Source: Candidatus Bathyarchaeota archaeon
GTDB lineage: Archaea; Thermoproteota; Bathyarchaeia; Bathyarchaeales; Bathyarchaeaceae
Reading direction: 5' to 3'
Assembly: GCA_963697165.1 (NCBI GenBank)
Contig: CAVOMX010000024.1
Location: 84,767 to 148,766, forward strand
Length of the DNA stretch: 64,000 nucleotides
The notes under the pieces: model-generated
What the model was told of the DNA's origin: nothing
What the model saw: only the letters and a program-made list of their open reading frames with translations
The model's database searches: none
Made by a program: the position numbers and the translations under genes
Shown: positions 11,494 through 22,050 of the stretch, piece by piece
Numbering within the stretch: position 1 is the stretch's first letter
Layout of the letters: every line of letters begins with the position of its first letter

Positions 11494-12723
11494 TTGGCGC
11501 GTCTTAAAGGCTTTGAAAAACTTACAAACGTGGATGACGCTCTGCAGTCGTTTTTGGGGCAACTTAAGCCAGAACGGCTCTGTTCTGAGCGAATCCCAAT
11601 TCACGAGGCGCTAGGACGAGTAACCGCAGAGGACATCCGAGCAAAATATGATTTGCCTCTTTTTGATCGTTCTGCCGTAGACGGTTATGCCCTGAAAGCA
11701 AAGGACACCTTCGGAGTTTCCGCGTTTAAGCCAAAAATCTTCAAGCTAACCAAAAACAAAGTCAAAGAAAAAGAGGCAAAAGAGCTGTGGACAGGAAACC
11801 CCATTCCCGAAGGCGCCGACGCCGTCGTTATGCTCGAGTACACCAAAAAATTTGAGAACAAAATCGAGTTGACAACAGCAGTTACTCCCGGCAGAAACGT
11901 CTCCAAAATGGGAGAAGACGTAACCGAAGGAAACGTTGCCATAAATGCTGGACTCAGGCTGAATCCTTATCACTTGGGGTTACTGGCGGCGTTGAGTGAA
12001 ACATATGTTGCTGTTGTCAGGAAGCCTAAGGTCGCCATCTTAGCCACTGGAAACGAGCTTGTGGAGTTGGGAAACAAACTTGAGCCTGGCAAGATTGTGG
12101 AGACTAATCGGCTGGTTTTCTCTAGCATGTGCCTGGAGCTGGGCGCGGAGCCACTAAACTTGGGTGTAGCCAAGGATGACCTGGAGGAGATAATGTCTAG
12201 GATTCGGTTTGGTCTAGAGCAAGCAGATGCGGTTATCACAACTGGGGGTACCAGTGTCGGTTATCCTGATTTGGTTCCTTTGGCAGTTAACAAGATAGGA
12301 ACGCCTGGAATAATCGTTCATGGAATTGCCATAAGACCCGGTATGCCAACGGCGCTGGCAATCCTTGAGGGCAAACCGGTTTTTGTGTTATCTGGAAACC
12401 CTGTGGCGGCAACTGTGGGCTTTGAGGTGTTCGCTCGACCCACCCTTCTTAGGATGTTGGGAGTAAACGAGTTTAGACCTGTCATCGAGGCGAAGCTAAC
12501 CAGAAGAGTTGCAGGCGCTTTGGGGCGAAGAGTCTTTTTGCGTGTTCGCGTGTTTGAGAGGAGCGGCGGATTTTTCGCTGAGCCTGTCAGGGCAACTGGG
12601 TCTGGTGTGCTCACAACCATGACAAAGGCGAACGGGTACGTGATTATTCCAGAAAACCGTGAAGGCGTAGAAGAGGGCGAATCCGTTAGAGTAAATCTTT
12701 TCTCTAGCATAATGGGGGAATAG
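11494..12723 (+). CDS. moeA: Molybdopterin molybdenumtransferase MoeA (copy 1)
   Basis: FDRSAVDGYA, TGNPIPEGADAVVM, TGNEL, TTGGTSVG, RPGMP, LSGNP. Confidence 0.95.
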   Translation: MARLKGFEKLTNVDDALQSFLGQLKPERLCSERIPIHEALGRVTAEDIRAKYDLPLFDRSAVDGYALKAKDTFGVSAFKPKIFKLTKNKVKEKEAKELWTGNPIPEGADAVVMLEYTKKFENKIELTTAVTPGRNVSKMGEDVTEGNVAINAGLRLNPYHLGLLAALSETYVAVVRKPKVAILATGNELVELGNKLEPGKIVETNRLVFSSMCLELGAEPLNLGVAKDDLEEIMSRIRFGLEQADAVITTGGTSVGYPDLVPLAVNKIGTPGIIVHGIAIRPGMPTALAILEGKPVFVLSGNPVAATVGFEVFARPTLLRMLGVNEFRPVIEAKLTRRVAGALGRRVFLRVRVFERSGGFFAEPVRATGSGVLTTMTKANGYVIIPENREGVEEGESVRVNLFSSIMGE

Positions 12724-12724
12724 C

Positions 12725-13981
12725 ATGTTCCGAAAACTTCTCTCTTTTGATGAAGCCAAACAGCTTCTCAAACAGACTTTTTCTGCTAAACCTGTTGGAA
12801 TAGAACAGGTTTCCATCTCAGAAGCGCATGAACGAGTGCTAGCCCAAGACGTTGTGGCGACATTTAATATTCCTTCATTCACTCGGTCAACAGTTGATGG
12901 CTACACAGTAAAAGCAGTTGACACTTTCGGCGCAAGCGAAGACAAACCTGTTAGCCTCAAATTCTGTGGCCATGTGGCGATAGGCGAATCTCCAAAAGTG
13001 GTTGTGAAAAACGGTTTTGTTGCCGGAATAGTCACCGGCGCGCCCCTGCCTGAAGGCGCCGACTCCGTGATCATGGTAGAATACACAACGCGTCAAGGAG
13101 ACAACGTTTTTGTGCATCGTCCAGTTTCGATAGGCGAGAATCTGATGGCTGCAGGATCGGACATCCGCAAAAACGAAACAGTTCTAAAAGAGGGTCGTTT
13201 TCTGGGTTCCCGCGAAATTGGGGTTCTGGCTGCCATCGGATTAACAAAAGTTAATGTGTTCAAGCGTCCGAAGGTAGCAGTTCTCTCTACTGGGGGGGAG
13301 GTTGTAGCGCCCGGAGAACCGCTTCCTGACGGAAAAATCTATGATATAAATGCTCATACTCTGAGTGCAGCGGTTCATGAAGCTGGAGGGGAGCCGATTA
13401 ACTTGGGAATCATCCCCGACAAGAAGGACAACCTGACAAAAGCGCTCAAGAATGCGTTGGGTTCAGCGGATGCGGTGATAACTTCAGGCGGGGTTTCAGT
13501 TGGTCCAAAGGATTTCACTCCCCAAGTTGTAGATAGTTTAGGGAAGCCTGGCGTAATAATTTCTGGAGTCGCCGTGAAACCCGGAAAACCAATGACCATT
13601 GCAGTAGTCGACGGGAAACCTGTCTTTTCATTACCCGGTAACCCAACCTCGTCGCTCTTCATGTTTAACGTTTTCGTCCGTCCAGTAATTGTTAAGCTTG
13701 CTGGAAGACCCGAAGAAGAGTTGCCTAAGCTTAAGGCAGTGACTGACCAGAAGATGTTTCCGGCGCGGGGACGCCGCACCTTTGTCATGGTAAACTTAGC
13801 TTACGACAAAAATGGAGGGCTGATTGCGAGTCCTGTTCCTACTGGATTGTCGGGTGCCATAACAACTTTGGCTAAGGCTGACGGTTTTGTTGAAATCTCT
13901 GAGAAACAGCAGTTTATAAACGCGGGAACAGAAATAGACGTTTACTTGTTCGACAAATTTAGAAAAACGGATACAGCTTGA
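12725..13981 (+). CDS. moeA: Molybdopterin molybdenumtransferase MoeA (copy 2)
   Basis: FTRSTVDGY, TGAPLPEGADSV, SGGVSVG, KPGKP, LPGNP. Confidence 0.95.
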   Translation: MFRKLLSFDEAKQLLKQTFSAKPVGIEQVSISEAHERVLAQDVVATFNIPSFTRSTVDGYTVKAVDTFGASEDKPVSLKFCGHVAIGESPKVVVKNGFVAGIVTGAPLPEGADSVIMVEYTTRQGDNVFVHRPVSIGENLMAAGSDIRKNETVLKEGRFLGSREIGVLAAIGLTKVNVFKRPKVAVLSTGGEVVAPGEPLPDGKIYDINAHTLSAAVHEAGGEPINLGIIPDKKDNLTKALKNALGSADAVITSGGVSVGPKDFTPQVVDSLGKPGVIISGVAVKPGKPMTIAVVDGKPVFSLPGNPTSSLFMFNVFVRPVIVKLAGRPEEELPKLKAVTDQKMFPARGRRTFVMVNLAYDKNGGLIASPVPTGLSGAITTLAKADGFVEISEKQQFINAGTEIDVYLFDKFRKTDTA

Positions 13982-13987
13982 GTGTTT

Positions 13988-14359
13988 TTAGTTGAAGTTT
14001 TCTCTTTTTGCCACTATGTAGGCTGACACTATCAGTAGTATGAGCATGTATGCTATCAGGGTGATGTGGAACAGCATTGCGCCTCCAAATGTTTGTAATG
14101 TAATCGAGTCGGAGAGTGTTGTTGCCCCAAACGTTATTCCTGTAACGAATAGTCCAACTACAATCGGCAGAGCCCATTTTTTCATCTTTAAGATGCTGTA
14201 TGCTGTGATTAAGCTTAGAATTCCCAGAACTGGGATGTGTGCGGGTGCAGCAAAGTTTTCGATTGCAAAGTAGCCTACTTCCGCAATTCCGACTGCGATA
14301 TAGAAAATTGAGAATAGTAACATGGTCGGGTTTTCAATCTTGCTTTTTTCAGTGGTCAT
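13988..14359 (-). CDS. Hypothetical membrane protein (about 4 TM segments)
   Basis: 123-aa ORF with four hydrophobic stretches. Confidence 0.7.
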   Translation of the reverse strand: MTTEKSKIENPTMLLFSIFYIAVGIAEVGYFAIENFAAPAHIPVLGILSLITAYSILKMKKWALPIVVGLFVTGITFGATTLSDSITLQTFGGAMLFHITLIAYMLILLIVSAYIVAKRENFN

Positions 14360-14557
14360 CTTGCATTCCTTTCCTACCGCTATAATACGATTGGTAATAA
14401 ATTAGTTTCTCATAATCTGTTTACATTGGAGGCTTTTACTCAAAATTTTTTTGGCAAACTAGATGTTTTGCTTATGATATGGAAGATAGATTCCATGTAA
14501 TAATCCTGTTTTCATAAATGTTATCTCTTGTATCACTTTAATCTGGTTTCGATTAAG

Positions 14558-14785
14558 ATGGATCCGAAAAAGATGCTTTCGAAAGAGATCGCTTACAAAG
14601 TCAGGGGACACATCAGCGAGCAAACCGTTTCTGAGATGGTTGATCAGTTCTTCAAACACGGCAACACATTTTTTCTCTTAGAATTGATGAGTCTACGAAG
14701 AGAAGTAAAAAGCCTAAGAGAAGAACTTCAACAGCAGAAAGAACACAAGCAGCAGGATTCTCTTCGTGAACTAGTTGTTCGCTGA
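14558..14785 (+). CDS. Small hypothetical coiled-coil protein
   Basis: MDPKKMLSKEI...LRREVKSLREELQQQ; fills an intergenic gap. Confidence 0.6.
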   Translation: MDPKKMLSKEIAYKVRGHISEQTVSEMVDQFFKHGNTFFLLELMSLRREVKSLREELQQQKEHKQQDSLRELVVR

Positions 14786-14921
14786 GCCGCTGTAAAGCAA
14801 GCGTTACTCTGATTTGGGGCTGCTCCACGGAAGCCTTGCAGAGCCAATACTCCTAAATTCTTCTTTTCATTAATGTTAAATTTTATGAGTAAGCGTTTGT
14901 TTTCTAGGAGTCGATCGCTAT

Positions 14922-15815
14922 ATGAGTTATCGTGAGCTCTTTGTATCCCCGTCTCCCGTCTTCTCGGGAAGTCAACGAAGCTTTGAAGAGGCAAAATACG
15001 TAGTTTTAGGTGTCCCCTTTGACGTAACCAGTACCTACCGTTCTGGGGCAAAGTTTGCGCCTCTAGCCATCAGAGACGCTTCCCAGAATGTTGAATGCTA
15101 CAGTTTCAGAACTGGCGTGGACGTTGAGGAACTGAAAATCCATGATTTGGGAGACCTGCATGTTGCGGCGGATGTTGAGTTGACTTTGGGACGTTTAGCT
15201 TTGGTTGCGCAGGACCTTTTTGAAGCCGAGAAAGTTCCAGTGTTTATTGGTGGAGAGCACACAATTACTTTAGGTGTTATGAAGAGTCTCAAAGACGTTG
15301 CAGTGGTAAGTTTTGATGCTCATTTAGACCTGCGTGATGACTATCTTGGTCTTTCTGTGTCTCATACAACCTTTATGCGGAGAATCAAAGAAGATGTTAA
15401 TCCTTCCAAGATTTTGGAGATTGGCACCCGCGCAGTATGCAGAGAAGAGCTTGATTACGCGAAAGAGGCTGGAATCGACTATCTGACTGCCCATCAGATA
15501 CGAAAGGACGGGGTCAAAAAAACGGCTGAAAAAATCAAGGAAGTCCTTGGTGGCTGCGAAAAAGTTTACGTTACAATTGACATGGATGTTCTGGATCCTG
15601 CTTTTGTGCCTGCAGTTCCGAACCCTGAACCTGAAGGATTGGATACCTCAACGCTTCTGGATCTTCTGGAGGCGGTGTGTGAGCGTCGGGTGGTTGGATT
15701 CGATGTGGTTGAGGTAGCGCCTCACTATGACCAAGGCGTAACTGCTACTCAGGCTACAAAAGTTATCTTTGAAGTGTCTAGGCTTCCTAGAAAGAGCACA
15801 AAAAAGCTAGTCTAA
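14922..15815 (+). CDS. speB: Agmatinase
   Basis: GGEHTIT, FDAHLDLRD, TIDMDVLDPAF, PEPEGL, DVVEV ureohydrolase motifs. Confidence 0.93.
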   Translation: MSYRELFVSPSPVFSGSQRSFEEAKYVVLGVPFDVTSTYRSGAKFAPLAIRDASQNVECYSFRTGVDVEELKIHDLGDLHVAADVELTLGRLALVAQDLFEAEKVPVFIGGEHTITLGVMKSLKDVAVVSFDAHLDLRDDYLGLSVSHTTFMRRIKEDVNPSKILEIGTRAVCREELDYAKEAGIDYLTAHQIRKDGVKKTAEKIKEVLGGCEKVYVTIDMDVLDPAFVPAVPNPEPEGLDTSTLLDLLEAVCERRVVGFDVVEVAPHYDQGVTATQATKVIFEVSRLPRKSTKKLV

Positions 15816-15830
15816 GCTGTTATTTTTGCT

Positions 15831-17173
15831 TCATATGGTCTCTTTTTTTAGTTTTGCTACGAAGAAGCCGTTGCATTCATGAATGTGAGGATAGAGTCTC
15901 TGGCACTTGGTTAGTCCTCTGAGTCCCGGCAATCCGATTCTGGGCTTTGATTCTACCAGCTTGAATTCTGGGTGCAGTTTCAGAAAGTTTTCGATAACCA
16001 TCTCGTTTTCCTCTAATGTTATGCTACATGTGGAGTAGACCAGAAAGCCGCCATCTTTCACGTATTCTGCGCACTGTTCTATCATCTCCTCCTGAATCTT
16101 CGACATGCCCAGCATCGACCGTTTGGTTAGTGCGCCACTTCGCGTCAGGTGTCTTGCCGAAGGTTCCTGTGCTTGTGCATGGCGGATCCAAAATCACCAA
16201 GTCCGCGGAAACATTCAATGGCAAGCAATTTCTTGCGTCAGCAATTATTGGCGAGACAATTTCTGTGCCCGTGCGTTCTGTTTCTCTTTTCCATACCTTG
16301 TATTCTTCGTTTTGAGTAGTCAACAGAAATTATTGTTCCTCTGTTTTCCATCAGCTGCGCCAAGTAGGTTGTTTTGGAGCCTGGGGCTGCGCATATGTCA
16401 AGTACTGTGGTTCCCTGCTTTGGGTCTGCGATTTCTGCTGCTAGGCAGCTGGCTTTGTCTTGTATGTAGAAGTGTCCTTGACTGAAGCTTTGTGTTCTTG
16501 TTAGTGGTTTGTTTGTTTCTATCAGCTTGTGTGTGTGTTTTAGTTGCGGAACCTTCTCCAGAATTATCTTCTCGTCTGTTATGTTTTTGAGTAAGGTTTC
16601 TGTTGGCGCTTTCAACGTGTTCAATCGCACGTAGACTGGTGGGATATCTTCGGATTTTTCTAGGAATTTTAGGGCTTCTCCTCTTCCAAGAAGCCTGAAG
16701 CAGTATTTTACGAACCATGTGGGATGATATGTTTGGAGTCCAATCTTCTCTGTTTCTTCTAGACCTTTTAGGATATTTTCTGTGTTTATGCTCAGTATTT
16801 CGCCGAGAACCTCTTCGATGTCTTTGAGTTTCCACCATCCCAGTATTGAGCGTCCCATTTGGGCTATTCTTGAGGCTTTCTCTAGGTTTCCGTCAGCCAC
16901 TTTTGTTTCATAACAGTATAGTTGAAGGAAAACTTTTGGACCAAGTTTGAGGTCATTTAGTGACCGCGGCTCTAGAACCGAGTTTAGCAGAAAGTCGATA
17001 TAATTCTTTTTTCTGAGTGTCTCGGATACTAGCCTGTGGGCTAATCCGATTGCTTTTGGGTCTTTAATTCTAAGCTGTTTTGCGGCTTTTGTTAAGGCTA
17101 AACGTTCACCTAGCCGTTTCAGTTCAATCCAGCTCAGTGTTTCGATGGCGAGAATCCAAGCGTCCCTTAACAT
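15831..17173 (-). CDS. RsmB/NOP2-family RNA m5C methyltransferase (split by two indels)
   Basis: YIQDKAS, LDICAAPGSKT, LDPPCTSTG and LVYSTCS across three fragments. Confidence 0.9.
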
Positions 17174-17278
17174 TTCTGTTCGTATTATGAGTCTTTGCTG
17201 GGTGCCTATTAAAAGGCTTGATTATTGTTAAATAACCGCACTCATTCCTTTGAATGTTGACTGTTCAAGTGTTGTGGT

Positions 17279-17572
17279 ATGGACATGAAGTTGCAAGAGA
17301 CTGCTCAGGGCGTCGTTTTGGATGTACATGTTAAGCCCGGCTCGAAGGAGTTTCGGTTACAATTTGAAGAAGATGAGCTTGTGGTGCTTTGCCGTGAAGC
17401 TCCAGTGAAGGGCAAAGTCAACAAGGAATTGCTGAAACAGTTTTCGCGACTTTTTGGACGCAAAGTTGAGCTTGTTTCAGGGTCTACTTCAAGACAAAAG
17501 AGGTTTCTTATCAGCGACATCGAAGCAGAGGAAGTTAACCGAATCTTGGTTTCTGCCTTGGGCACTCGATAG
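17279..17572 (+). CDS. DUF167/YggU family protein
   Basis: VHVKPGS, APVKGKVNKEL, LVSGSTSRQK. Confidence 0.88.
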   Translation: MDMKLQETAQGVVLDVHVKPGSKEFRLQFEEDELVVLCREAPVKGKVNKELLKQFSRLFGRKVELVSGSTSRQKRFLISDIEAEEVNRILVSALGTR

Positions 17573-17661
17573 TTTGATTTGAGGATGCTTTTTTAGTAAT
17601 CTATTTAAAAGCTGAAATGGACGCTTCTTTTAACGGTTTGATGCTCAGTGGAGCATGAACC

Positions 17662-18768
17662 ATGTTGCCATTTCAAGTGTCTCTTGGGGTGAAGAAGATA
17701 GTTAAGCCTAAACCGTCAGTTACCGTAGAGCTTTCAGACGAAGAATTGGAATACTATTCAAGGCAGATTGTATTGGCTGATTTGGGCTACAATGCCCAGC
17801 TGAAACTGAAAAATTCTAAGGCTTGCTTGCTGGGTGTTGGCGGTTTAGGTTCTCCGGCGGCGATGCAGCTGGCGGCTATGGGAGTTGGATATTTGCGTAT
17901 TGTTGATCGTGATGTTGTGGAGTTGACTAATTTGCATCGTCAGCACCTCTATGGCCTTGATGATGTGGGATACCCAAAGGTTGAAGCTGCTGCCAAACGG
18001 TTACAGAACTTGAATCCTTACATCAATATAGAGCCTCTTCCGCTCTCAGTAAATCAGGCCAACGCAGAAGATATCGTTAAGGGCATGGATGTTGTGGTCG
18101 ATGGTTTAGATAGCATGGCTGCCCGTTACGCAATCAACAGAGCCTGCATCAAATTTGGTGTCCCCTACGTTTTTGGGGCTGCCATAGAAACCAATGGTAA
18201 CTTGTCTACGATAGTTCCGGGAGAAACAGCGTGTCTCGAATGCTTCTATGGCAGTCTTGATGACAAAAAGTTGCCCAAATGCGGGGTGGTGGGAGTTCAT
18301 CCATCTCTGGTGAATATAATAGCAAGCCTAGAAGTCAGCGAGGCAATCAGAATACTAACAGGAAAGCAGCCCCGCTTAGTCAACAAGCTTCTTCATTTTG
18401 ACCTAGATGAACTAGAATTCAATGAGATCTGCCTCTCAAAGGTTGATTCCTGCCCCGTCTGTGGGGTAAACCCGTCAGGTTCTGCTATGCCGCTAAGGCA
18501 TGAGTTGATGGAGGAAATCTGTGGACGAAAAGGAAAGAAGGTGTTTGTTATCGTTCCAGAAGAGAGCTTGGATGTTAATCTTGTATGCTTGAAGGGCTAC
18601 TTGGCGAAGAAGGGGTTCAGCATCAAAGTTGAAGCCAAACTCGGACTGACATTTGTTCTCCGAGATGTTAAGGCAAGTGTTCTAAAAAGTGGAGTAGTTA
18701 TTCTTGAAGGAATCAAAAAAAGAGATGAAGCACTCAAGCTTTTCGAGGAATTAACTGGTAACTGCTAG
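17662..18768 (+). CDS. ThiF/MoeB/UbaA-family E1-like adenylyltransferase
   Basis: YSRQI, GVGGLG, DRDVVELTNLHRQ, CLEC and CPVC zinc motifs. Confidence 0.92.
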   Translation: MLPFQVSLGVKKIVKPKPSVTVELSDEELEYYSRQIVLADLGYNAQLKLKNSKACLLGVGGLGSPAAMQLAAMGVGYLRIVDRDVVELTNLHRQHLYGLDDVGYPKVEAAAKRLQNLNPYINIEPLPLSVNQANAEDIVKGMDVVVDGLDSMAARYAINRACIKFGVPYVFGAAIETNGNLSTIVPGETACLECFYGSLDDKKLPKCGVVGVHPSLVNIIASLEVSEAIRILTGKQPRLVNKLLHFDLDELEFNEICLSKVDSCPVCGVNPSGSAMPLRHELMEEICGRKGKKVFVIVPEESLDVNLVCLKGYLAKKGFSIKVEAKLGLTFVLRDVKASVLKSGVVILEGIKKRDEALKLFEELTGNC

Positions 18769-19047
18769 TGCGAATTTCAGAAAAAGAAGCCATCATAATT
18801 GCAACAGATTACACAAAACGGCTTCATGGAAAGCCAAAAGTCACATAGTAAAAAATTTTGCGATACTATCTGAGCCTGTGACCGCAAGATTGTATCCCCC
18901 ACAAGAAATCCTCTGGTGCTGATTCCTTACTGGTAGGTAACTCTTCAACTCGACCAAGTTTACTCCGAAAACGTTCACCTCATCGCCGTTGGACTATGGG
19001 TAGACACAGGAGAAGTCAGTGGTCATCAACTAATAACCAAAGGATAA
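18768..19047 (+). pseudogene. Degraded fragment of a hypothetical protein
   Basis: Protein-like reading RISEKEAIIIATDY...ILSEPVTARLYP...LIPYW*VTLQLDQVY...VGLWVDTGEV interrupted by a stop and frameshifts. Confidence 0.4.
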
Positions 19048-19257
19048 CCATACACAGCTTGGCGGTGTCTTTGCGGAACTTGGGCAAACACTATCCTTTT
19101 AAATGCTGCATAAACATGCCCTGTTTTTTTGACCTGAAACATGTTTACTTCATGTTTACCCCCAAATATGCTCAAACTTTTAATGCAATAACTTTTAGGA
19201 GTATACTTTAATTTTTTAAACTAAATCGATATATAACCTGTTGTCGGTGAGTATTGT

Positions 19258-21480
19258 ATGCCAAAGCGGCGACCAAAATCAGGTATTAAGGTTCTCAAGG
19301 CTGCATCCTCTTCCCTGCGCATGCAACTGCTGATCACCCTAGTCGATAAGGGACCACAATCCTACACCGACCTAATGAAGGTCCTGAAACTCAACCCAAG
19401 CAGAGACGCAGGAAGATTCGCTTACCACCTGAAATATCTACTAAACGCAGACCTCATAGAACCCGACGTCGACAACAAAGAATACAGACTCACTGAACTC
19501 GGAAAAACCATGATCAGCTTCACAGAAGACATCCAAGAACAGTTCTTCCAAAGAAAAAAGATTCTCGTAAGAACCTCCCGTCTAGCAATGGAAGAATTCG
19601 ACAGAAACAAGATTGTCGAAGCCCTAGTAAAAGAGGCAAACGTTCCCGTCTTTCAAGCCCAAAAAATCGCCCGAGAAACCGAAAAGCGTCTCCTAGAATT
19701 CAAAACAAAATACCTGACCGCACCCCTAATACGAGAAATGGTCAACGCAATTCTCGTAGAAAAGGGACTAGAAGAATACCGCCACAAACTCACACGGCTG
19801 GGACTCCCAGTTTTTGACGTTAACCAGCTTATAGAATCAACTGGAACCACGCATCAGGGCGTGGAGGCAATTCACAAGGCGGCTGCCGACGCCGTCATGG
19901 AAGAGTACACTCTTCTTAATGTTCTGCCACGGGATGTTGCTGACGCGCATCTATCTGGCGGTCTACACCTCGAGAACCTTGGAACTTGGGTTCTGAAGCC
20001 CGACCAGTTCATGCATGACCTGCGTTTTTTCCTTAAACATGGACTGAGTCGCGGAGGAATGAACCTCCAGGAGCCCTCCTATCTTCCGCCAAAAAGCCTT
20101 GAAGCCGCGCTGCTCACCGCTTCTAACGTATTAAAAACCGCTGCTACAGAAACCTCTGGAGAGCAGACCCTTGACTTCTTCAACATCTTCTTAGCCCCAT
20201 ACACTCAGGGTAATTCAGAGGAGCGAATCAGAGAAGGGTTACGCCTCTTCATATCTAACCTGAACCAATCCGTATCCAACGGAAGCTCTGTGGGCGCCTC
20301 CTTAGGCATAGAATTTGTTGTCCCAAACTTTTTGAAAAAGAAAGAAGCAATCGGACCTGAAGGAAAACCTGCCGGCTGCTACGGAGACTATGTAGAAGAA
20401 AGCCGCCGCCTCGCTTCCCTCCTACTCGAAGTGACGCTTCAGGATGATGCGCACAAACCCGTTCTCAATCCACGTCTAGTAATAAAGATACGGCCCGAGG
20501 TCCTAAAAGACCCTGAATGCGCTTCTCTTCTTTTTGAGACACACAAACTTGCTGAAAACGGTCTTCCATATTTTGCTAACCTCTGCCCCCCTGAACAGAC
20601 AAGCGCATCTTACACTTCAACAGGCTTCAGGCTAGCAGCTGACTGGAGAGAAGACTGGGAACTAGACACCATGCAGACAGGAAGCGTAGACAGCGTGATA
20701 ATAAACCTGCCCAGAGTCATGTATGAAGCAGGAGGCAAAGAAAACAGCTTCTTCCACCTCCTATATGATCAGCTGGAACTGGCTTTACAGGCTCTGGAAA
20801 TAAAATACCGCACAATCAAACTACGAGAAAAAGAACATATGCTGCCCTTCCTGATGCAGAAAACCGACGGCGACCAATACTTCAGAATCGAAAACACTGT
20901 CCGCCTCGTCAGCTTTGTTGGCTTGAACGAAACCATCCAAGCTTTCTTTGACAAACCCCTAAAACAGGAGGGAGAGACCCTTGATTTCGCCAAAAAAATA
21001 GTATCCTATCTCTCCAGCGACATCGAGAAGTACTCAAAGAAGCCTGAGACCCGCGCGTCTTTGGCTATGGTGCCCGCCGCTGACGCTGCAAAACGGTTGG
21101 CGGAACTTGATGCAGAAAAGTATGGGTGGGCAAAGGTTCGTGCCCAAGGCACACGCGAGAAGCCCTTCTATACTGACTTGGTTGCTTTGCCTTTAGGCGT
21201 TGACATTTCTTGGAAGGAGCGGCTAAGAATTGAGGAGCGGTTTCACCGTTTGACTCCAGGAGGTCACATGGCAGTTATACCTCTTGCTGATGAGCCGCAA
21301 GAGCCTGATGACCTCCTATCCGTTACCAGAGAGGTTGCCGGAAACTACGGGGTTGGCTTCTATGTTTTCAATCGGAACCTTGCCTACTGTGCTAGTTGTC
21401 AGCATGTTTTTTATGGTAAACTGGAGCGATGCCCCTCGTGTGGTTCCGTTAATTTGCTTCAGTCTTTTAGTCGAATATGA
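19258..21480 (+). CDS. ArsR-type winged HTH + ATP-cone + catalytically inactive class III RNR (NrdD-like) fusion
   Basis: N-terminal LRMQLLITL...GRFAYHLKYLLNADLIE...YRLTELG wHTH; ATP-cone EEFDRNKIVEAL...LIREMVN; ADAHLSGGLHL; INLPR; ends CPSCGS...SFSRI* with no glycyl-radical TGY. Confidence 0.88.
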   Translation: MPKRRPKSGIKVLKAASSSLRMQLLITLVDKGPQSYTDLMKVLKLNPSRDAGRFAYHLKYLLNADLIEPDVDNKEYRLTELGKTMISFTEDIQEQFFQRKKILVRTSRLAMEEFDRNKIVEALVKEANVPVFQAQKIARETEKRLLEFKTKYLTAPLIREMVNAILVEKGLEEYRHKLTRLGLPVFDVNQLIESTGTTHQGVEAIHKAAADAVMEEYTLLNVLPRDVADAHLSGGLHLENLGTWVLKPDQFMHDLRFFLKHGLSRGGMNLQEPSYLPPKSLEAALLTASNVLKTAATETSGEQTLDFFNIFLAPYTQGNSEERIREGLRLFISNLNQSVSNGSSVGASLGIEFVVPNFLKKKEAIGPEGKPAGCYGDYVEESRRLASLLLEVTLQDDAHKPVLNPRLVIKIRPEVLKDPECASLLFETHKLAENGLPYFANLCPPEQTSASYTSTGFRLAADWREDWELDTMQTGSVDSVIINLPRVMYEAGGKENSFFHLLYDQLELALQALEIKYRTIKLREKEHMLPFLMQKTDGDQYFRIENTVRLVSFVGLNETIQAFFDKPLKQEGETLDFAKKIVSYLSSDIEKYSKKPETRASLAMVPAADAAKRLAELDAEKYGWAKVRAQGTREKPFYTDLVALPLGVDISWKERLRIEERFHRLTPGGHMAVIPLADEPQEPDDLLSVTREVAGNYGVGFYVFNRNLAYCASCQHVFYGKLERCPSCGSVNLLQSFSRI

Positions 21481-21744
21481 TCAAAACGGCGTCTTTCCCT
21501 TCCTTTTTTGCTTTTGGTCTTTGTATGGTGTAGCTGTTTTGGCTGTTTAACCCCTATATATAATGGAAAACACATCTTGGTCAATACGGCTTCCCTATTT
21601 CATATTCCAATTTAGGCTAGACGGATGTCTATTTGTTAATTTGACGGGACGCTTATACAGAATTTTATACCATTAGGACTAAAAAATTAAATATAGCATA
21701 ATGCACTAAATGCTTTTATCTCGCAAGTAAAAGAGGTATTTTTC

Positions 21745-22050
21745 ATGAGCTTTTCAAAAGATTTCGGCAGCTCTCCTGAGCATCTACATGCCAACGGCTT
21801 AGTGGTTTACACAACCAGCGGATGCACTCGATGTGATATGCTGAAAAAATGGTTAAAGAACAAAGACGCAGATTTTGAAGAAAAAAATCTGGAAGACTCC
21901 GAAGTAATGACAGATCTAGTGATGAGAAACTTTGTTGTGATGTCGGCTCCAGCAATAGAAATTGATGGAATAGTTTACACGGATAACCAGATATTCGAAA
22001 GCAACGGCTTAATCAAACCAAACTTGTCAAAAATATTCGAGGTCATGTAA
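21745..22050 (+). CDS. Glutaredoxin-like NrdH-type redoxin
   Basis: VYTTSGCTRC, MSAPAIEIDG; abuts nrdD. Confidence 0.85.
   Translation: MSFSKDFGSSPEHLHANGLVVYTTSGCTRCDMLKKWLKNKDADFEEKNLEDSEVMTDLVMRNFVVMSAPAIEIDGIVYTDNQIFESNGLIKPNLSKIFEVM

Noticed and set aside
19258..21480. A second functional NrdD truncated by sequencing error
   Set aside because: No frame restores the TGY loop, and several independent catalytic residues are also substituted.
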